Position numbers and translations under genes: made by a program. A DNA stretch of 64,000 bases, taken from a virus. The notes below the pieces were generated by a model. That model did not search any database and was not told where the DNA came from. It saw only the letters and a list, made by a program, of their open reading frames with translations. The stretch lies in IMG/VR virus record IMGVR_UViG_3300033273_000460, positions 32,001-96,000 of that record; one strand, given 5' to 3'. Below, in pieces: positions 1 to 9,532 of this stretch (the first letter of the stretch is position 1; every line of letters begins with the position of its first letter).

Positions 1-1
1 A

Positions 2-394
2 CAGTGCGATACACGCATTGCGGTTTGGAGAGATCCAGTTGACAAATTTGTAAGTGGGTTTTATCACACAATGTTTTCACCCACAGGAGCGCAAAATGCA
101 CTATGGCAAGGACCACACACACTAGACGAATTCTTAAAAAACTTTGATTATTATTATGAAAATAGTTTAACAGTGAGAGAGCATTGTAGCACTAATACTG
201 CAAGACTAGGCAATGATCCCAACTTTTATACAGACATTTATAATTATAAAGATAATCCTATGATTGCAAAGTTGTTAGGTGCTAGTACTGTAGTAAATTT
301 ACGAGCGACAGAACCCAAACCTAAACTTACCAATAAACAACGTGAACTTATAGCAATCATACAAGCAGAAGATTACACCAACGGATGGTCATAA
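2..394 (+). CDS. Sulfotransferase family 2-like protein (5'-truncated by window edge)
   Basis: The frame of track ORF 71..394 is open back to position 2 and reads QCDTRIAVWRDPVDKFVSGFYH. RDP-x-x-K/R-x-x-S is the 3'-phosphate-binding motif of PAPS-dependent sulfotransferases. Confidence 0.6.
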   Translation, partial: QCDTRIAVWRDPVDKFVSGFYHTMFSPTGAQNALWQGPHTLDEFLKNFDYYYENSLTVREHCSTNTARLGNDPNFYTDIYNYKDNPMIAKLLGASTVVNLRATEPKPKLTNKQRELIAIIQAEDYTNGWS

Positions 395-423
395 AAAAGG
401 GAGGCACAAAGCCTCCCTTTCTC
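393..423. terminator. Intrinsic terminator, probably bidirectional, between convergent genes (ends major capsid transcript)
   Basis: Stem AAAGGGAGGC (396-405), loop ACAAA, stem GCCTCCCTTT (411-420). The A-run at 393-398 gives a U-tract on the minus strand. Confidence 0.85.
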
Positions 424-440
424 AACTTATGAGTAAGTTA

Positions 441-1625
441 TTAGCTGAAGCTAATGTTGCTCATTGCAACCTCACCTACATAGTCACCAGCGTTGCCTAG
501 TGAACTTGCAGTGTTTGAAAGTTCAACGTAGCCATAACGTGTCATGAATGACACTACTGGTTCGAATGTTGATGGGTCTAGTACTGTGCCACTGCTCATT
601 AGTGGAACGTATGGGCAGTAGAATGCTGCTGCGTCTGTTTCACTAGAACCTTTGTAGCCAACTAGTACTGCAGTACTGTCTGCTGCATATGAATCCACAT
701 AAATGCGCATTGCGCCGTTTAGTGTACCAACGAACTTGGTGTTTGTTGGAGCTTCAAATGCACCTTCTGTAGTGCGAGCAAATGCACTTGTGCTTGCACT
801 CTGAAGAACTGTTAGTGCTTCAGGGCTAACAACTGCATAGTTACCTGCGCCACGACGTGTACGTTGTGCAATTTTGTTTGCTGTACGGTTGATTAGAACT
901 GCAAGAGCTGCATGCTCGTCACCAACGTATGTTGCTGTACCACTTACTGCTGCTTGGTTGAAAGTTTCTTCAGTTGCTGCTAGTGAACGTAGTGAACCTA
1001 GAACTTCCTGATCAATTTCTGCAGTAATTTCTTGTGCTAGAGCAGCCATGATTTCTGCTTCAACATCAATACCGTGCATTGATTCAGCATCCTGTGCTGC
1101 TTCAAATGTCCAGCGAGCTTGTAGCTTGCGTGTTTTAGCTTCTACAGGCTGCTTTAGGATTTGAATGCTGATTTGTGAACCACCAGTACCTTCTTTTGCT
1201 GCAGTTGTATCGGCACGACCTGTTGTGGTTGAACCTGAATATGCTGTAGCAATTTTGAAAGGTGATAGTGCTTCGTCACCTGCTACTGTGTCTGTGTCAA
1301 ATGGTGAACTTGCTGTTGAAGTTACACTGTCTGCATAGCGAACACGTAGAGTATGGATTTGTCCAACTGGACCTTGCATTGGCTGCACGCCAACGATTTC
1401 GTTAGCGATAACAGTTGGCATAACACGTCTGATCACTGGAAGGATCACACGGTTAAGTGTTGCGATGTTACCTGAAGCAGAAGCGCCTGTTGATGCAGCC
1501 TCTTTCAAGTACTTGCGTGTATTCTCTAGAATCACGCCCATTGAAGAACGACGGTTACCTTCTAGACCCTCAAGTAGTGCGTCTTTGGTTTCGTTCCAAC
1601 GGCTTTCTAATAGTACGTCTGACAT
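441..1625 (-). CDS. gp23: Major capsid protein, T4 gp23-like
   Basis: Motifs PVIRRVMPTVIANEIVGVQPMQGPVGQIHTLRVRY, VEAKTRKLQARWTFEAAQD, EITAEIDQE, AAFYCPYVPL, FMTRYG. Likely gp21 cleavage site at YLKE/A. SD-like AAGGGG upstream. Confidence 0.95.
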   Translation of the reverse strand: MSDVLLESRWNETKDALLEGLEGNRRSSMGVILENTRKYLKEAASTGASASGNIATLNRVILPVIRRVMPTVIANEIVGVQPMQGPVGQIHTLRVRYADSVTSTASSPFDTDTVAGDEALSPFKIATAYSGSTTTGRADTTAAKEGTGGSQISIQILKQPVEAKTRKLQARWTFEAAQDAESMHGIDVEAEIMAALAQEITAEIDQEVLGSLRSLAATEETFNQAAVSGTATYVGDEHAALAVLINRTANKIAQRTRRGAGNYAVVSPEALTVLQSASTSAFARTTEGAFEAPTNTKFVGTLNGAMRIYVDSYAADSTAVLVGYKGSSETDAAAFYCPYVPLMSSGTVLDPSTFEPVVSFMTRYGYVELSNTASSLGNAGDYVGEVAMSNISFS

Positions 1626-1645
1626 TTATAGTCCCCTTATTGTAC

Positions 1646-2761
1646 TCATTTAAGCCCTGCTAACGCACGAAGTTGGATAATGTTACCATCATCTCTACTT
1701 TCTGCTGCAGGTTTTTTAGTTTGTTTATCACCAGTTACTTCTTTGATGCTTTCGTTGATTACAGGCTTTTGTTCTGTCTTTGATTCTTTGACAATTTGCT
1801 TTCCATCAAGTACTGCCGGTAGATAACGTTCGAAAGCGCCTTTTAACTTTGCAGTTTGCACACTTTCTAATAGATCACGCATAATTGCGCTTTTCTCTTT
1901 GTTAAGTGGCTTAAGAAGTGATTCCAATGCATCCTTACGAGCTGCGCTCTCAGTGATTGCTTTGATTTCTGCTTCTTTGCTCTCAACAATTTGATTCTTT
2001 TCAGCAACTTCTACTTTTGCTTCGTCCAACTGCTTTTCAATTTCAGCAATCTTAGACTGTAGGTCTTTGATTTCCTGATTTTCATTTAGCATGCTTGAAC
2101 TAAACTCTGTAGAAAATGCTTCAAAAATCTTTCTACCAAAGTTGTTTTGTTTAGCAACTTCGATGTCCTCTTTTAATTGACCGATTTCTGACTTAAGATG
2201 TTTGGTTACTGCTTCCTCGAGTACTGCACTAGACTTTTCAACAAAGTTCTTCTTAAGGTCTGCGAAACGCTCACGTGCTTCTTTAACTAAACGAACTTTT
2301 GTTTCAACAACGTCTTGACGATCTGCTTGGAACTCTTGAATTTCTTCTGCGAGTTGATCAACTACAAACTGCTCCAATTTTGCAATTGTATCTGCTTGTG
2401 TTGCACGATCTTTGTGTAGTTCTTTGATTTCTTCAGACAGTGTCTTAACCATAAACTGGTCAAAAGTGCCTGTTGATTCTGACATCTTAGCAACGAAACG
2501 AGCACGGTCTTCTGCAAGAGCTTTCTTTTCTTCAGCAATTTGTGCTAGTTCTTCACTTAGACTTTCAGTTACCATACGATCCAAAGCCTCAACCATTGTG
2601 GACTTATCATGCTCGTATCTACGTGCAAACTCTTCACGAAGTTCAGCAGTTACAGATTCACGTGTTTCGTTCATCTTTGCGTCCCATGCTTCTTGAATTT
2701 CGTTGCGAGTTGACTCGTTGACAAGATCACTATCCAGTAAAGGTTTTAGAGCATCTAGCAT
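1646..2761 (-). CDS. gp22: Prohead core scaffolding protein, gp22-like
   Basis: Coiled-coil E/K-rich protein located between protease and capsid genes, as in the T4 21-22-23 order. Confidence 0.8.
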   Translation of the reverse strand: MLDALKPLLDSDLVNESTRNEIQEAWDAKMNETRESVTAELREEFARRYEHDKSTMVEALDRMVTESLSEELAQIAEEKKALAEDRARFVAKMSESTGTFDQFMVKTLSEEIKELHKDRATQADTIAKLEQFVVDQLAEEIQEFQADRQDVVETKVRLVKEARERFADLKKNFVEKSSAVLEEAVTKHLKSEIGQLKEDIEVAKQNNFGRKIFEAFSTEFSSSMLNENQEIKDLQSKIAEIEKQLDEAKVEVAEKNQIVESKEAEIKAITESAARKDALESLLKPLNKEKSAIMRDLLESVQTAKLKGAFERYLPAVLDGKQIVKESKTEQKPVINESIKEVTGDKQTKKPAAESRDDGNIIQLRALAGLK

Positions 2762-2770
2762 TATGATCTC

Positions 2771-3394
2771 CTAGATCTTTAGATCCTTGATAAGACGAAC
2801 AACTTCGTCCTTCAAGTATTTTTGCACTCGAGCATTGCCGCTTGATTCGCGGGCCATCTCAAGCACTGAATGGCCATGACGCATATTCAACAAGCCTTCA
2901 TAAATGGCTGTAGGATATGCATTTGGCGCACTTGGTTGTGCCACAACATCTACTGTGACAATTTCAAAATCAGATACATGACCAGTTGATTCTGCAACGT
3001 TGCCGCTGCCTCTACTGCTGACACCTAACTTTACTCCACTATCCAACATGGTTTTAACTAGGTTACCCATTGGAGTTGGAAGGATTTTAAGTTTTCCGTA
3101 ACCGTTTGGACCATCCATCCACATGCTCTCAATCATGTGACTCACACGATCAAGGTTAATTTTTAAATCATCTGGATGATCAACTTCACCAAGGATACTG
3201 TTGCCTTTGCTGATTTGTTCGTTTAGATGATTTACGGCATCGGAAATCTCAGAGACAGGGTAAACACGCTGGTTTGCGTTTTTAACCCCTCCCTGTATAC
3301 AAATGCCTTTCATGTAGAGATCCTTACCGTCATTGGCACTTTCAAGAACAACTTGTGCTTGATCGAATGTAAGGTTTTCTCTTAGGTAGTTCAT
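2771..3394 (-). CDS. gp21: Prohead maturation protease, gp21-like
   Basis: Motifs KNANQRVYP, GEVDHP, INLDRVSH, GVSSRGSG, DVVAQPSAPNAYP. Confidence 0.93.
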   Translation of the reverse strand: MNYLRENLTFDQAQVVLESANDGKDLYMKGICIQGGVKNANQRVYPVSEISDAVNHLNEQISKGNSILGEVDHPDDLKINLDRVSHMIESMWMDGPNGYGKLKILPTPMGNLVKTMLDSGVKLGVSSRGSGNVAESTGHVSDFEIVTVDVVAQPSAPNAYPTAIYEGLLNMRHGHSVLEMARESSGNARVQKYLKDEVVRLIKDLKI

Positions 3395-3405
3395 AAAAGG
3401 TTACC

Positions 3406-4074
3406 TTAGACTTTTTTCATGTCTGGCTTGGTTGTGCCACCCATGTCTTGAGCTTTTGGTGCTGGTGCACCTTTTTCTTCGCCAGTTGGGTCAACTGCTT
3501 TACCGCCCATGTCGTTCTTACTTGCAACTGGACCGCTTGTGCCGTCGCCTTGCTCGCTTGTGACTGGTGCTGGAGCTTTTTCTGCGTATTCGCGAACCAT
3601 GTCAGCTTCCATTGCTTCCATTTCTTCGCCTTCTTCATCAGCGTCCATTTCAGCATCCATGTCCATGTCCATGTCCATGTCCATGTCGCCTTCTTCTTCG
3701 CCTTCTTCGTTGCCCATTAGCTTTTCAAATTCTGCTTTGAGTTCATCTAGAGCATCTTCTAGATCAACTACACGGTCTTCTATGTCTTCGTCTGCATCAT
3801 CTTCTTCTGCAACGTCTAGACCTTCTTCGTCTGCTTCAATGTCAGCAATCATGTCATCAGCAGCGTCGCCACCTAGCTCTTCGTCCATGTCTGACTCTTC
3901 AACTTCTTCAGTTGTTTCGTCAATTGCTTCTTCTTCAACTTGCTCTTCGTCGTTTAGAAGTGACTCGTAGATGTCACGGCTTTTTTCCACAACAATTTCG
4001 TGGAACAGTTCTTTTGCCTTATCTTGCTCTTCTGCAATGAAAAGCTCAATAAGTTCATTAAATTTATTGCTCAT
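3406..4074 (-). CDS. Highly acidic prohead core protein (gp67/gp68-like position)
   Basis: Very D/E-rich protein between portal and protease genes. Start moved to the ATG at 4074 (MSNKFNEL), which is preceded by AGAAAGGA SD and TAAATA boxes. Confidence 0.65.
   Translation of the reverse strand: MSNKFNELIELFIAEEQDKAKELFHEIVVEKSRDIYESLLNDEEQVEEEAIDETTEEVEESDMDEELGGDAADDMIADIEADEEGLDVAEEDDADEDIEDRVVDLEDALDELKAEFEKLMGNEEGEEEGDMDMDMDMDMDAEMDADEEGEEMEAMEADMVREYAEKAPAPVTSEQGDGTSGPVASKNDMGGKAVDPTGEEKGAPAPKAQDMGGTTKPDMKKV
3656..3687. repeat. In-frame hexanucleotide tandem repeat (TCCATG)x5 encoding an Asp-Met repeat
   Basis: tccatg is repeated at 3656-3685; the protein reads DMDMDMDMDMD. Confidence 0.9.
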
Positions 4075-4114
4075 AAGAGTATTCCTTTCTTCATAAGGCA
4101 TTTGTCTAGTAATA

Positions 4115-4139
4115 TATTTACTAGATGTAAGAATATTTA
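4115..4139 (-). promoter_or_regulatory. Tandem late-promoter-like TAAATA boxes upstream of the core/protease/scaffold/capsid genes
   Basis: GTAAATA occurs twice on the minus strand (TAAATA at 4115-4120 and 4134-4139). Confidence 0.5.
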
Positions 4140-4182
4140 CCATTAAATGGCTACATTTTGAAGGAAAAAAGATGATATAAGG

Positions 4183-4404
4183 TTAAATGCCCGGAGATTC
4201 TTCTTTTGGAGGGCTGTATTGCTTTTTAATATTAGCAATTTTTGTATGGTATTCAGCAAGTTTTGTGTCTGCTAACATACGCAATTTATTGATTTGTTCT
4301 AGCGTAAGTCGTGTTTTACGAGTATCAGAAAGCTCGGCAACACTGTTATCGTCTTGCTGATTTTGAATAGGATTGTCGTTTTCTACTAATTGTTTTAAGA
4401 ACAT
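4183..4404 (-). CDS. Small head-module protein of unknown function
   Basis: 73 aa, GGAG SD, preceded by TATAAATA, located between portal and core genes. Confidence 0.7.
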   Translation of the reverse strand: MFLKQLVENDNPIQNQQDDNSVAELSDTRKTRLTLEQINKLRMLADTKLAEYHTKIANIKKQYSPPKEESPGI

Positions 4405-4419
4405 TTATATCTCCAGTGT

Positions 4420-4427
4420 TATTTATA
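4420..4427 (-). promoter_or_regulatory. T4-type late promoter TATAAATA
   Basis: Exact TATAAATA on the minus strand, overlapping the portal stop codon, 16 nt upstream of the ATG at 4404. Confidence 0.75.
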
Positions 4428-6129
4428 CCGGAGGTGGTGTTACTGGTGCTGCGTCTTCGTCAGGAGCTGCGTCTGCTGCTACTTCGCCGCCTTCTTCGGG
4501 TGCTTCGTCTTCTGCTGGCTCTTCTTCTACATCAAATGCTTCAATGTCGCCTTCTATGCCGCCGGGTGTAATGCCAACACTACGCATGCCTGGTGCATCT
4601 GCAGTAACCTGCTCTTCGTTTTCTTCCATCCACATTGCTTCGTTTTCTGTCATCTCTGCTTCGGTGAGACCCAAATAACGCTGTAGCAAGAAACGCTTGC
4701 TCAAATATGGGAAACCTTCTAACTGTGTGAATGTGCTGATACGTGAAGTATCAAGTTCTGTTTCTCTATATTTGCTGAAGTTTTGTGGTTCGTTAAAACG
4801 TACTTCAAAACTACTGTTGTCTAGTTCAAGTCCTCGCCATTTGAGGAACATTTTAAATTCTCTGTCAACAACTTCGCCTACCATGCGTTGTAAACGTTTG
4901 CAATATTCGTTGAATCTAAACTCTTGAATGAGTGCAGTACCAACTCTGCCATCTTGATATCCTGCAGGTGATTCCTCAGGACCTGTTGGCAAGTAACTGC
5001 TAGGAATACGCAGTCCACGGAATAGTTTGTTTGTAAAGTATTTTAGATCGTCAATCTCACCTAGGTTTGTGCCGCCTGGTAGTGTTTCAACTTTTGATCC
5101 ACGGCCTTCTGCTGTTTGTGGAAAGAAGTAGTCCTCGTTGATACTAAGTGGATTGTACGTGGTATCAAGTATGTTAGTGCCACCACCTGTTTGGCTAGGT
5201 ATACGACGCTGATGAATCTCATTTTTTACACGCTCAACAAATGCCATTGCCATGTGTGCTGGCATGTTACCAACGTCTACATAAAATACTCTACGTTCTG
5301 GTGCACGTTGAATGCGATAAATGATGATAGCATCTTCCAATAGTTCTTTTTGTTTGAAAACTTTGAAGATGTTTTCTAATATGCTGTTGCCAAATGGCCA
5401 GTTTGCATCCAGTCCTTCTGTGAGACTTAGGTGAACAATGTGCTCTGCTTCAATGGCATTTTCGTTAAACTTTTGATCAAACCGTCCCCCGCCTGGGCCG
5501 CCTGTGTCATACAAGTTGCTAGGCTGAATATAGCCGCCACGTTGACTAGGCTGTATTTGTCCGTCTTTGTAAGTTTTTTGTGTAGCAGTCAAGTTCTCAA
5601 AGTTAGGATTGATTTCCTTCATCACATACTGCTCGGGCTTTTTGCCTTCGCTTTCATTAACAATAACCTTGATCACATTGTTCATGTCTACCCAATACCA
5701 TTCAAATGTTTCTGGATCACGAATAAACACCTGATCGCCATACTTGAGTGTATTACGGAACATTTTGAACACACGTTTGTTGAATTCGTTTAGGTTACAC
5801 CAGTTTGTAAGTTGTTTTGTAATGGTCTCAACTTCTGTGTCACTGGGATTATCATGATAGTGTACAGTAAATGGTGTGCCATTTTCAGTGTTGAGTTGGG
5901 TGCAAAATTCAGCAAGGATATCTAGTGCAGCATTTACTTCACTGTCAACATCCATGTTTTCATACTGGCCATAACGTTCAATACGATTAGGATGTCCAGA
6001 ATATACTTCTGGCAAATGACTAGCATAGTGACTGTACTTGCTGTCAACACCATTTGTGCCAGCATAGTCTGGTCCAGCCATGCTAAGTGGACTTGCATTT
6101 GCTACTTTAAAAAACTTTTTCCAACTCAT
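4423..6129 (-). CDS. gp20: Portal vertex protein, gp20-like
   Basis: Motifs LLEDAIIIYRIQRAPERRVFYVDVGNMP, EDYFFP, GRGSKVETLPGGTNLGEIDDLKYF, LRIPSSYL. Confidence 0.95.
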   Translation of the reverse strand: MSWKKFFKVANASPLSMAGPDYAGTNGVDSKYSHYASHLPEVYSGHPNRIERYGQYENMDVDSEVNAALDILAEFCTQLNTENGTPFTVHYHDNPSDTEVETITKQLTNWCNLNEFNKRVFKMFRNTLKYGDQVFIRDPETFEWYWVDMNNVIKVIVNESEGKKPEQYVMKEINPNFENLTATQKTYKDGQIQPSQRGGYIQPSNLYDTGGPGGGRFDQKFNENAIEAEHIVHLSLTEGLDANWPFGNSILENIFKVFKQKELLEDAIIIYRIQRAPERRVFYVDVGNMPAHMAMAFVERVKNEIHQRRIPSQTGGGTNILDTTYNPLSINEDYFFPQTAEGRGSKVETLPGGTNLGEIDDLKYFTNKLFRGLRIPSSYLPTGPEESPAGYQDGRVGTALIQEFRFNEYCKRLQRMVGEVVDREFKMFLKWRGLELDNSSFEVRFNEPQNFSKYRETELDTSRISTFTQLEGFPYLSKRFLLQRYLGLTEAEMTENEAMWMEENEEQVTADAPGMRSVGITPGGIEGDIEAFDVEEEPAEDEAPEEGGEVAADAAPDEDAAPVTPPPV

Positions 6130-6150
6130 CTATATAGATCTTTCTTTGTG

Positions 6151-6184
6151 TATTTATTGTAACACCCTTGTTGATTTGTGTCAA
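6151..6184 (-). promoter_or_regulatory. Composite promoter for portal: sigma70 TTGACA-N17-TACAAT overlapping late-type AATAAATA
   Basis: Minus strand reads TTGACA CAAATCAACAAGGGTGT TACAAT AAATA. Confidence 0.65.
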
Positions 6185-6185
6185 A

Positions 6186-8549
6186 TTATATTTCGTTACT
6201 GATACGTCTCAATAGATCGTTTGTTTCTGATCCTTGTCTAGTTTGTACATCTAGCAGTCTTTGCAACAATGCTGTGTGCTCAGTGCCAGTGTTTTGCATT
6301 GGTTCCTGTAAAGCATTTGCTCCTACAGCAGGTGTTGCGATTGCTGCAGTTTGTGTTGTAGACGTAGTGGTTGCATTCTGTGCATCATTTATTTTATCAA
6401 CAATACCAGCTAGTTCTGTAGCTCCAGGTATAACAAATCCTGCTAGTGCAGTCATTTTTGCTAGATCAAGTCTTTCTATAGCATCTGCAAATACTGTAAC
6501 TCCTGATGCTAAATCTCTTAGCTGGTCTGCAGGAGTGTCACCACCACTAACAATTTTACCAATGAATCCGCCTATAGCACCTGCTGCACTGCCACCACCT
6601 ATTACAGCCATAGCAGCACCAACTGCTGCTAGTCCTTTGGCTGCAGTTACTAGTCTCTCGCCATCTAGTTCTTCAAGACCTTTAAGACCGTCAGTAAGTG
6701 TTGGCAATGCACTACCTGTTAACCAAGCAGCGGCAGCAATACCTGCACCAATTGCTGTGATAACACCTGCTATTGTTGCAGCACCTGCTAATATTTTTAC
6801 ACTGCCTACACCAAATGCAGTCATACCTTTGGCTAGACTAGCTAACATACCGCCACCACCAGCAGCGCCACCGCCACCACCAGCCAAGCCAAACATCTTG
6901 GTTATACCACCACCAAGTTTGGTACCTATGCTGCTCATGATATTTCCAACACCGCCGGTCATTGCGCTTAACACTGCTGGGCCAGCAAACAGTGCAGTAA
7001 GTCCTCCTATGATAAGTGTTTTAGGATCTTGTGCTACTAGGAATTTTGCAATTCCGTCAACATTATCAGCAACAAACGTAAGACCGTCAACTAGTTTGTC
7101 AACAATGCCCAAGTCAATCAATTTGTTACCCAAGTTTTCAAAAGCAACTTGTATCTTAGCCATTGCTTCGCTGCGTTTGGCTGCTAGGTTAGCATTTTCT
7201 TGTTCGGTTGCTTGTTGTGCTCTTACTGTTGCTAGATTTTGATCCATTTGGGCATTACGTTCTTGTTGCTTGGTTAAGAATATACTGTTTTCAACACCAA
7301 TCTTTGTAAGAATGTTATTAGTGAATGCACTCATCTTTGCATATTCACGTGCAGTTTCGGCATCACGTTTAAGCTCTTGAGCCCTTTGTTGGCTACTTCG
7401 TGCATACGCACCTGCCATGTCTGATTCGCCACGGTTCAATGCATTAACAACATCCATCACACGACTAGCAACACCAGGCATTTGACTTGCTGCAGCGGCA
7501 GTTTCGCCTGTAAATGTTCCAATGGTCAATTGCTGTTTAAGCATCTGTTGCTCTAACGGACTCATACTTGCCATTAGTCCTTCTAAACTTTTGGCTTGCT
7601 CAACATCCATATCTGCTAGTAAGGCTTGGAATGCTGCATCCTGCTTTTGTGCTTTGAGTGCTGCTTCTTGTTCTTCTCTAGTTTGACCTGTAATCTCTTG
7701 CAATGCTTGTAAATCTTTACGATACTTCACTGCTACTGCAGCAATGCGTGTAAAGTCACCACCAAATGTGTTAAGACTTCGTCCGCTAGTTGAAAGATCG
7801 CTAATGAACTGTGCAAAGAATTCTGGCTGATCCTTTGCAGCGATGCCTAATCTAAACAATTCATTACTGCTGGCTTTGCCTGCTGCAGTTACTTGCGATA
7901 GTATTTGTGCGCCTTGTGTAGCAGTACCACCAAAGTCTGCTAATCCGCCTATGTTTTTTGAAACTGCATCAGCAAATTGTGTTACTGTAACACCAGCACT
8001 ACCTGCTGCCATTCTCATGGCAATCATATCGCCACCAAATGTAGCACCTGCCATGGTTAATTGTTGAAAAGTTTTTACACTCTTATCAAAAGCACCCATT
8101 GCAAGGCCGGCTACAAAACTTAAACCTGTAAGCCCTTGACCAGCTATTTTACCAGCAATACCAAGTTTACCAAATATTCCACCAAGTGGGCCGGTTATAG
8201 CACCCAGTGCTCCGCCCATGTTTTCGCCACTCTCGCCTAGTTTTTGAAAAGAATTGGATAGCGTACCGCCTACATCTTTGAGTTGCTGCGAAGTTTTGTC
8301 TAATCTTTCGCCAAAAGTGGTCAGCTTAACTTCATACTTTTCCATACCCTTAGTGGTACTGTCAACAATGTCTTGGTAACTTTTGGTTTCTTTTGTTGCT
8401 GCTTTTATGGCTGCAGCTTCCTCTTTTTTGACACCACTGTTGTCAGCAAATTTGCCTTCAAAAAGTTCAACCAGGCGTTGCAATGTTGCTTCTTCAGCAG
8501 CATTTTCTAATACTATAGGATTCCCGCCTAGATCACCTGTTACAGCCAT
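6186..8549 (-). CDS. Tape-measure-like / baseplate hub protein (gp29-like)
   Basis: 787 aa, A/G-rich and helical with hydrophobic G/A stretches, divergent from the gp26/gp51-like chaperone pair. Confidence 0.65.
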   Translation of the reverse strand: MAVTGDLGGNPIVLENAAEEATLQRLVELFEGKFADNSGVKKEEAAAIKAATKETKSYQDIVDSTTKGMEKYEVKLTTFGERLDKTSQQLKDVGGTLSNSFQKLGESGENMGGALGAITGPLGGIFGKLGIAGKIAGQGLTGLSFVAGLAMGAFDKSVKTFQQLTMAGATFGGDMIAMRMAAGSAGVTVTQFADAVSKNIGGLADFGGTATQGAQILSQVTAAGKASSNELFRLGIAAKDQPEFFAQFISDLSTSGRSLNTFGGDFTRIAAVAVKYRKDLQALQEITGQTREEQEAALKAQKQDAAFQALLADMDVEQAKSLEGLMASMSPLEQQMLKQQLTIGTFTGETAAAASQMPGVASRVMDVVNALNRGESDMAGAYARSSQQRAQELKRDAETAREYAKMSAFTNNILTKIGVENSIFLTKQQERNAQMDQNLATVRAQQATEQENANLAAKRSEAMAKIQVAFENLGNKLIDLGIVDKLVDGLTFVADNVDGIAKFLVAQDPKTLIIGGLTALFAGPAVLSAMTGGVGNIMSSIGTKLGGGITKMFGLAGGGGGAAGGGGMLASLAKGMTAFGVGSVKILAGAATIAGVITAIGAGIAAAAWLTGSALPTLTDGLKGLEELDGERLVTAAKGLAAVGAAMAVIGGGSAAGAIGGFIGKIVSGGDTPADQLRDLASGVTVFADAIERLDLAKMTALAGFVIPGATELAGIVDKINDAQNATTTSTTQTAAIATPAVGANALQEPMQNTGTEHTALLQRLLDVQTRQGSETNDLLRRISNEI

Positions 8550-8578
8550 ACGATTCTTTTTCTAACATTATATGCGTA

Positions 8579-8586
8579 TATAAATA
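8579..8586 (+). promoter_or_regulatory. T4-type late promoter TATAAATA
   Basis: Exact match upstream of the ATG at 8622 (GGAG SD). Confidence 0.75.
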
Positions 8587-8600
8587 CATTTATACAATAG

Positions 8601-8608
8601 TATTTAGC
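8601..8608 (-). promoter_or_regulatory. Late-promoter-like GCTAAATA for the tape-measure-like gene
   Basis: TAAATA core on the minus strand, ~50 nt upstream of 8549. Confidence 0.45.
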
Positions 8609-8621
8609 CGGAGAAAACCCC

Positions 8622-9506
8622 ATGGCAATTGAGCAACAGACAATGACTAACAATTTAGACCAACCTGGTGGCAATCCACTGGGCAAATTTTTTAGGACGC
8701 CTGCAATACAATTGAGATTGCCTAGCGGAGGACGCTATTGGCCACCCGGCACACTTGATATGCCACAAACTGGCGAAATTCCAGTGTATTCAATGACTGC
8801 AAGAGATGAAATGATTTTCAACAATCCAGATGCTCTCATGAACGGACAAGCAGTGGTAGATGTGATACAAAGTTGTTGCCCAAATATAAAAAATGCATGG
8901 AGCATGCCCAGTGTTGATCTAGATGCAATACTTATTGCTATTCGTATTGCCAGTTTTGGTGAGAACATGGAGTTTAGGACTACTTGCCCTAGTTGTACTG
9001 AAGAAAATTCATTCGAACTTGATCTAAGACCAGTACTGGACAGTGTAAAGCAAGCACCACCATTTGACCAAGAATATGCTTATCAAGGGCTAACATTTAG
9101 TTTTAGACCACAAGACTACACCACAGTAAACATGGTCAATATTGAAACGTTTGAAAGTCAAAGATTGTTTAGTGTTGTAAATAATAGTGAATTACCCGAC
9201 GAAGAAAAACTAGAACGTGTAAATGAAATATTCAAAAAGATGACTGATTACACTGTGGGTATCATTGCAGGTGCCATTGAAAAAATTATTACACCAGACG
9301 GACAAGAAGTAACAAACAGTCAACACATTGACGAGTTTCTAAAAAATTGCGATCGTAAAACTTTTGATTGGGTACAAAAAAACATACAAGAACTAGGCAA
9401 ACAACAAGGCCTAAATGATGTAAATGTTAAATGTCCGGACTGCAATCATCAATATGAAATTCCATTAACATTTGATAACGCAAATTTTTTCGCATCAAGC
9501 TCTTAA
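8622..9506 (+). CDS. gp26: Baseplate hub assembly protein / tail assembly chaperone, gp26-like
   Basis: Motifs LPSGG, MTARDE, DLDAILIAIRIASFGE, two CxxC zinc knuckles (CPSC, CPDC) and C-terminal NFF. Confidence 0.75.
   Translation: MAIEQQTMTNNLDQPGGNPLGKFFRTPAIQLRLPSGGRYWPPGTLDMPQTGEIPVYSMTARDEMIFNNPDALMNGQAVVDVIQSCCPNIKNAWSMPSVDLDAILIAIRIASFGENMEFRTTCPSCTEENSFELDLRPVLDSVKQAPPFDQEYAYQGLTFSFRPQDYTTVNMVNIETFESQRLFSVVNNSELPDEEKLERVNEIFKKMTDYTVGIIAGAIEKIITPDGQEVTNSQHIDEFLKNCDRKTFDWVQKNIQELGKQQGLNDVNVKCPDCNHQYEIPLTFDNANFFASSS
9482..9491 (+). other. Candidate -1 ribosomal frameshift site (A AAT TTT / T TTT TTC)
   Basis: Two overlapping in-register X XXY YYZ heptamers. The -1 frame opens at 9479 and continues into ORF 9533..9721. 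Confidence 0.6.
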
Positions 9507-9532
9507 CACTATCTAACGACCAGATTGTTGAG

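Noticed and set aside
1623-1632. TATAAAT just before the gp23 ATG (and similarly before 4404) as a late promoter
   Set aside because: It lies between the SD and the start codon and ends in ATG rather than TATAAATA, so it is more simply an A/T-rich spacer.
6178-7242. 354-aa plus-strand ORF, and similar antisense ORFs (e.g. 3509..3970, 16380..16832, 40913..41368, 63395..63826)
   Set aside because: These are shadows of real genes on the opposite strand caused by codon bias; they have no SD or recognisable motifs.
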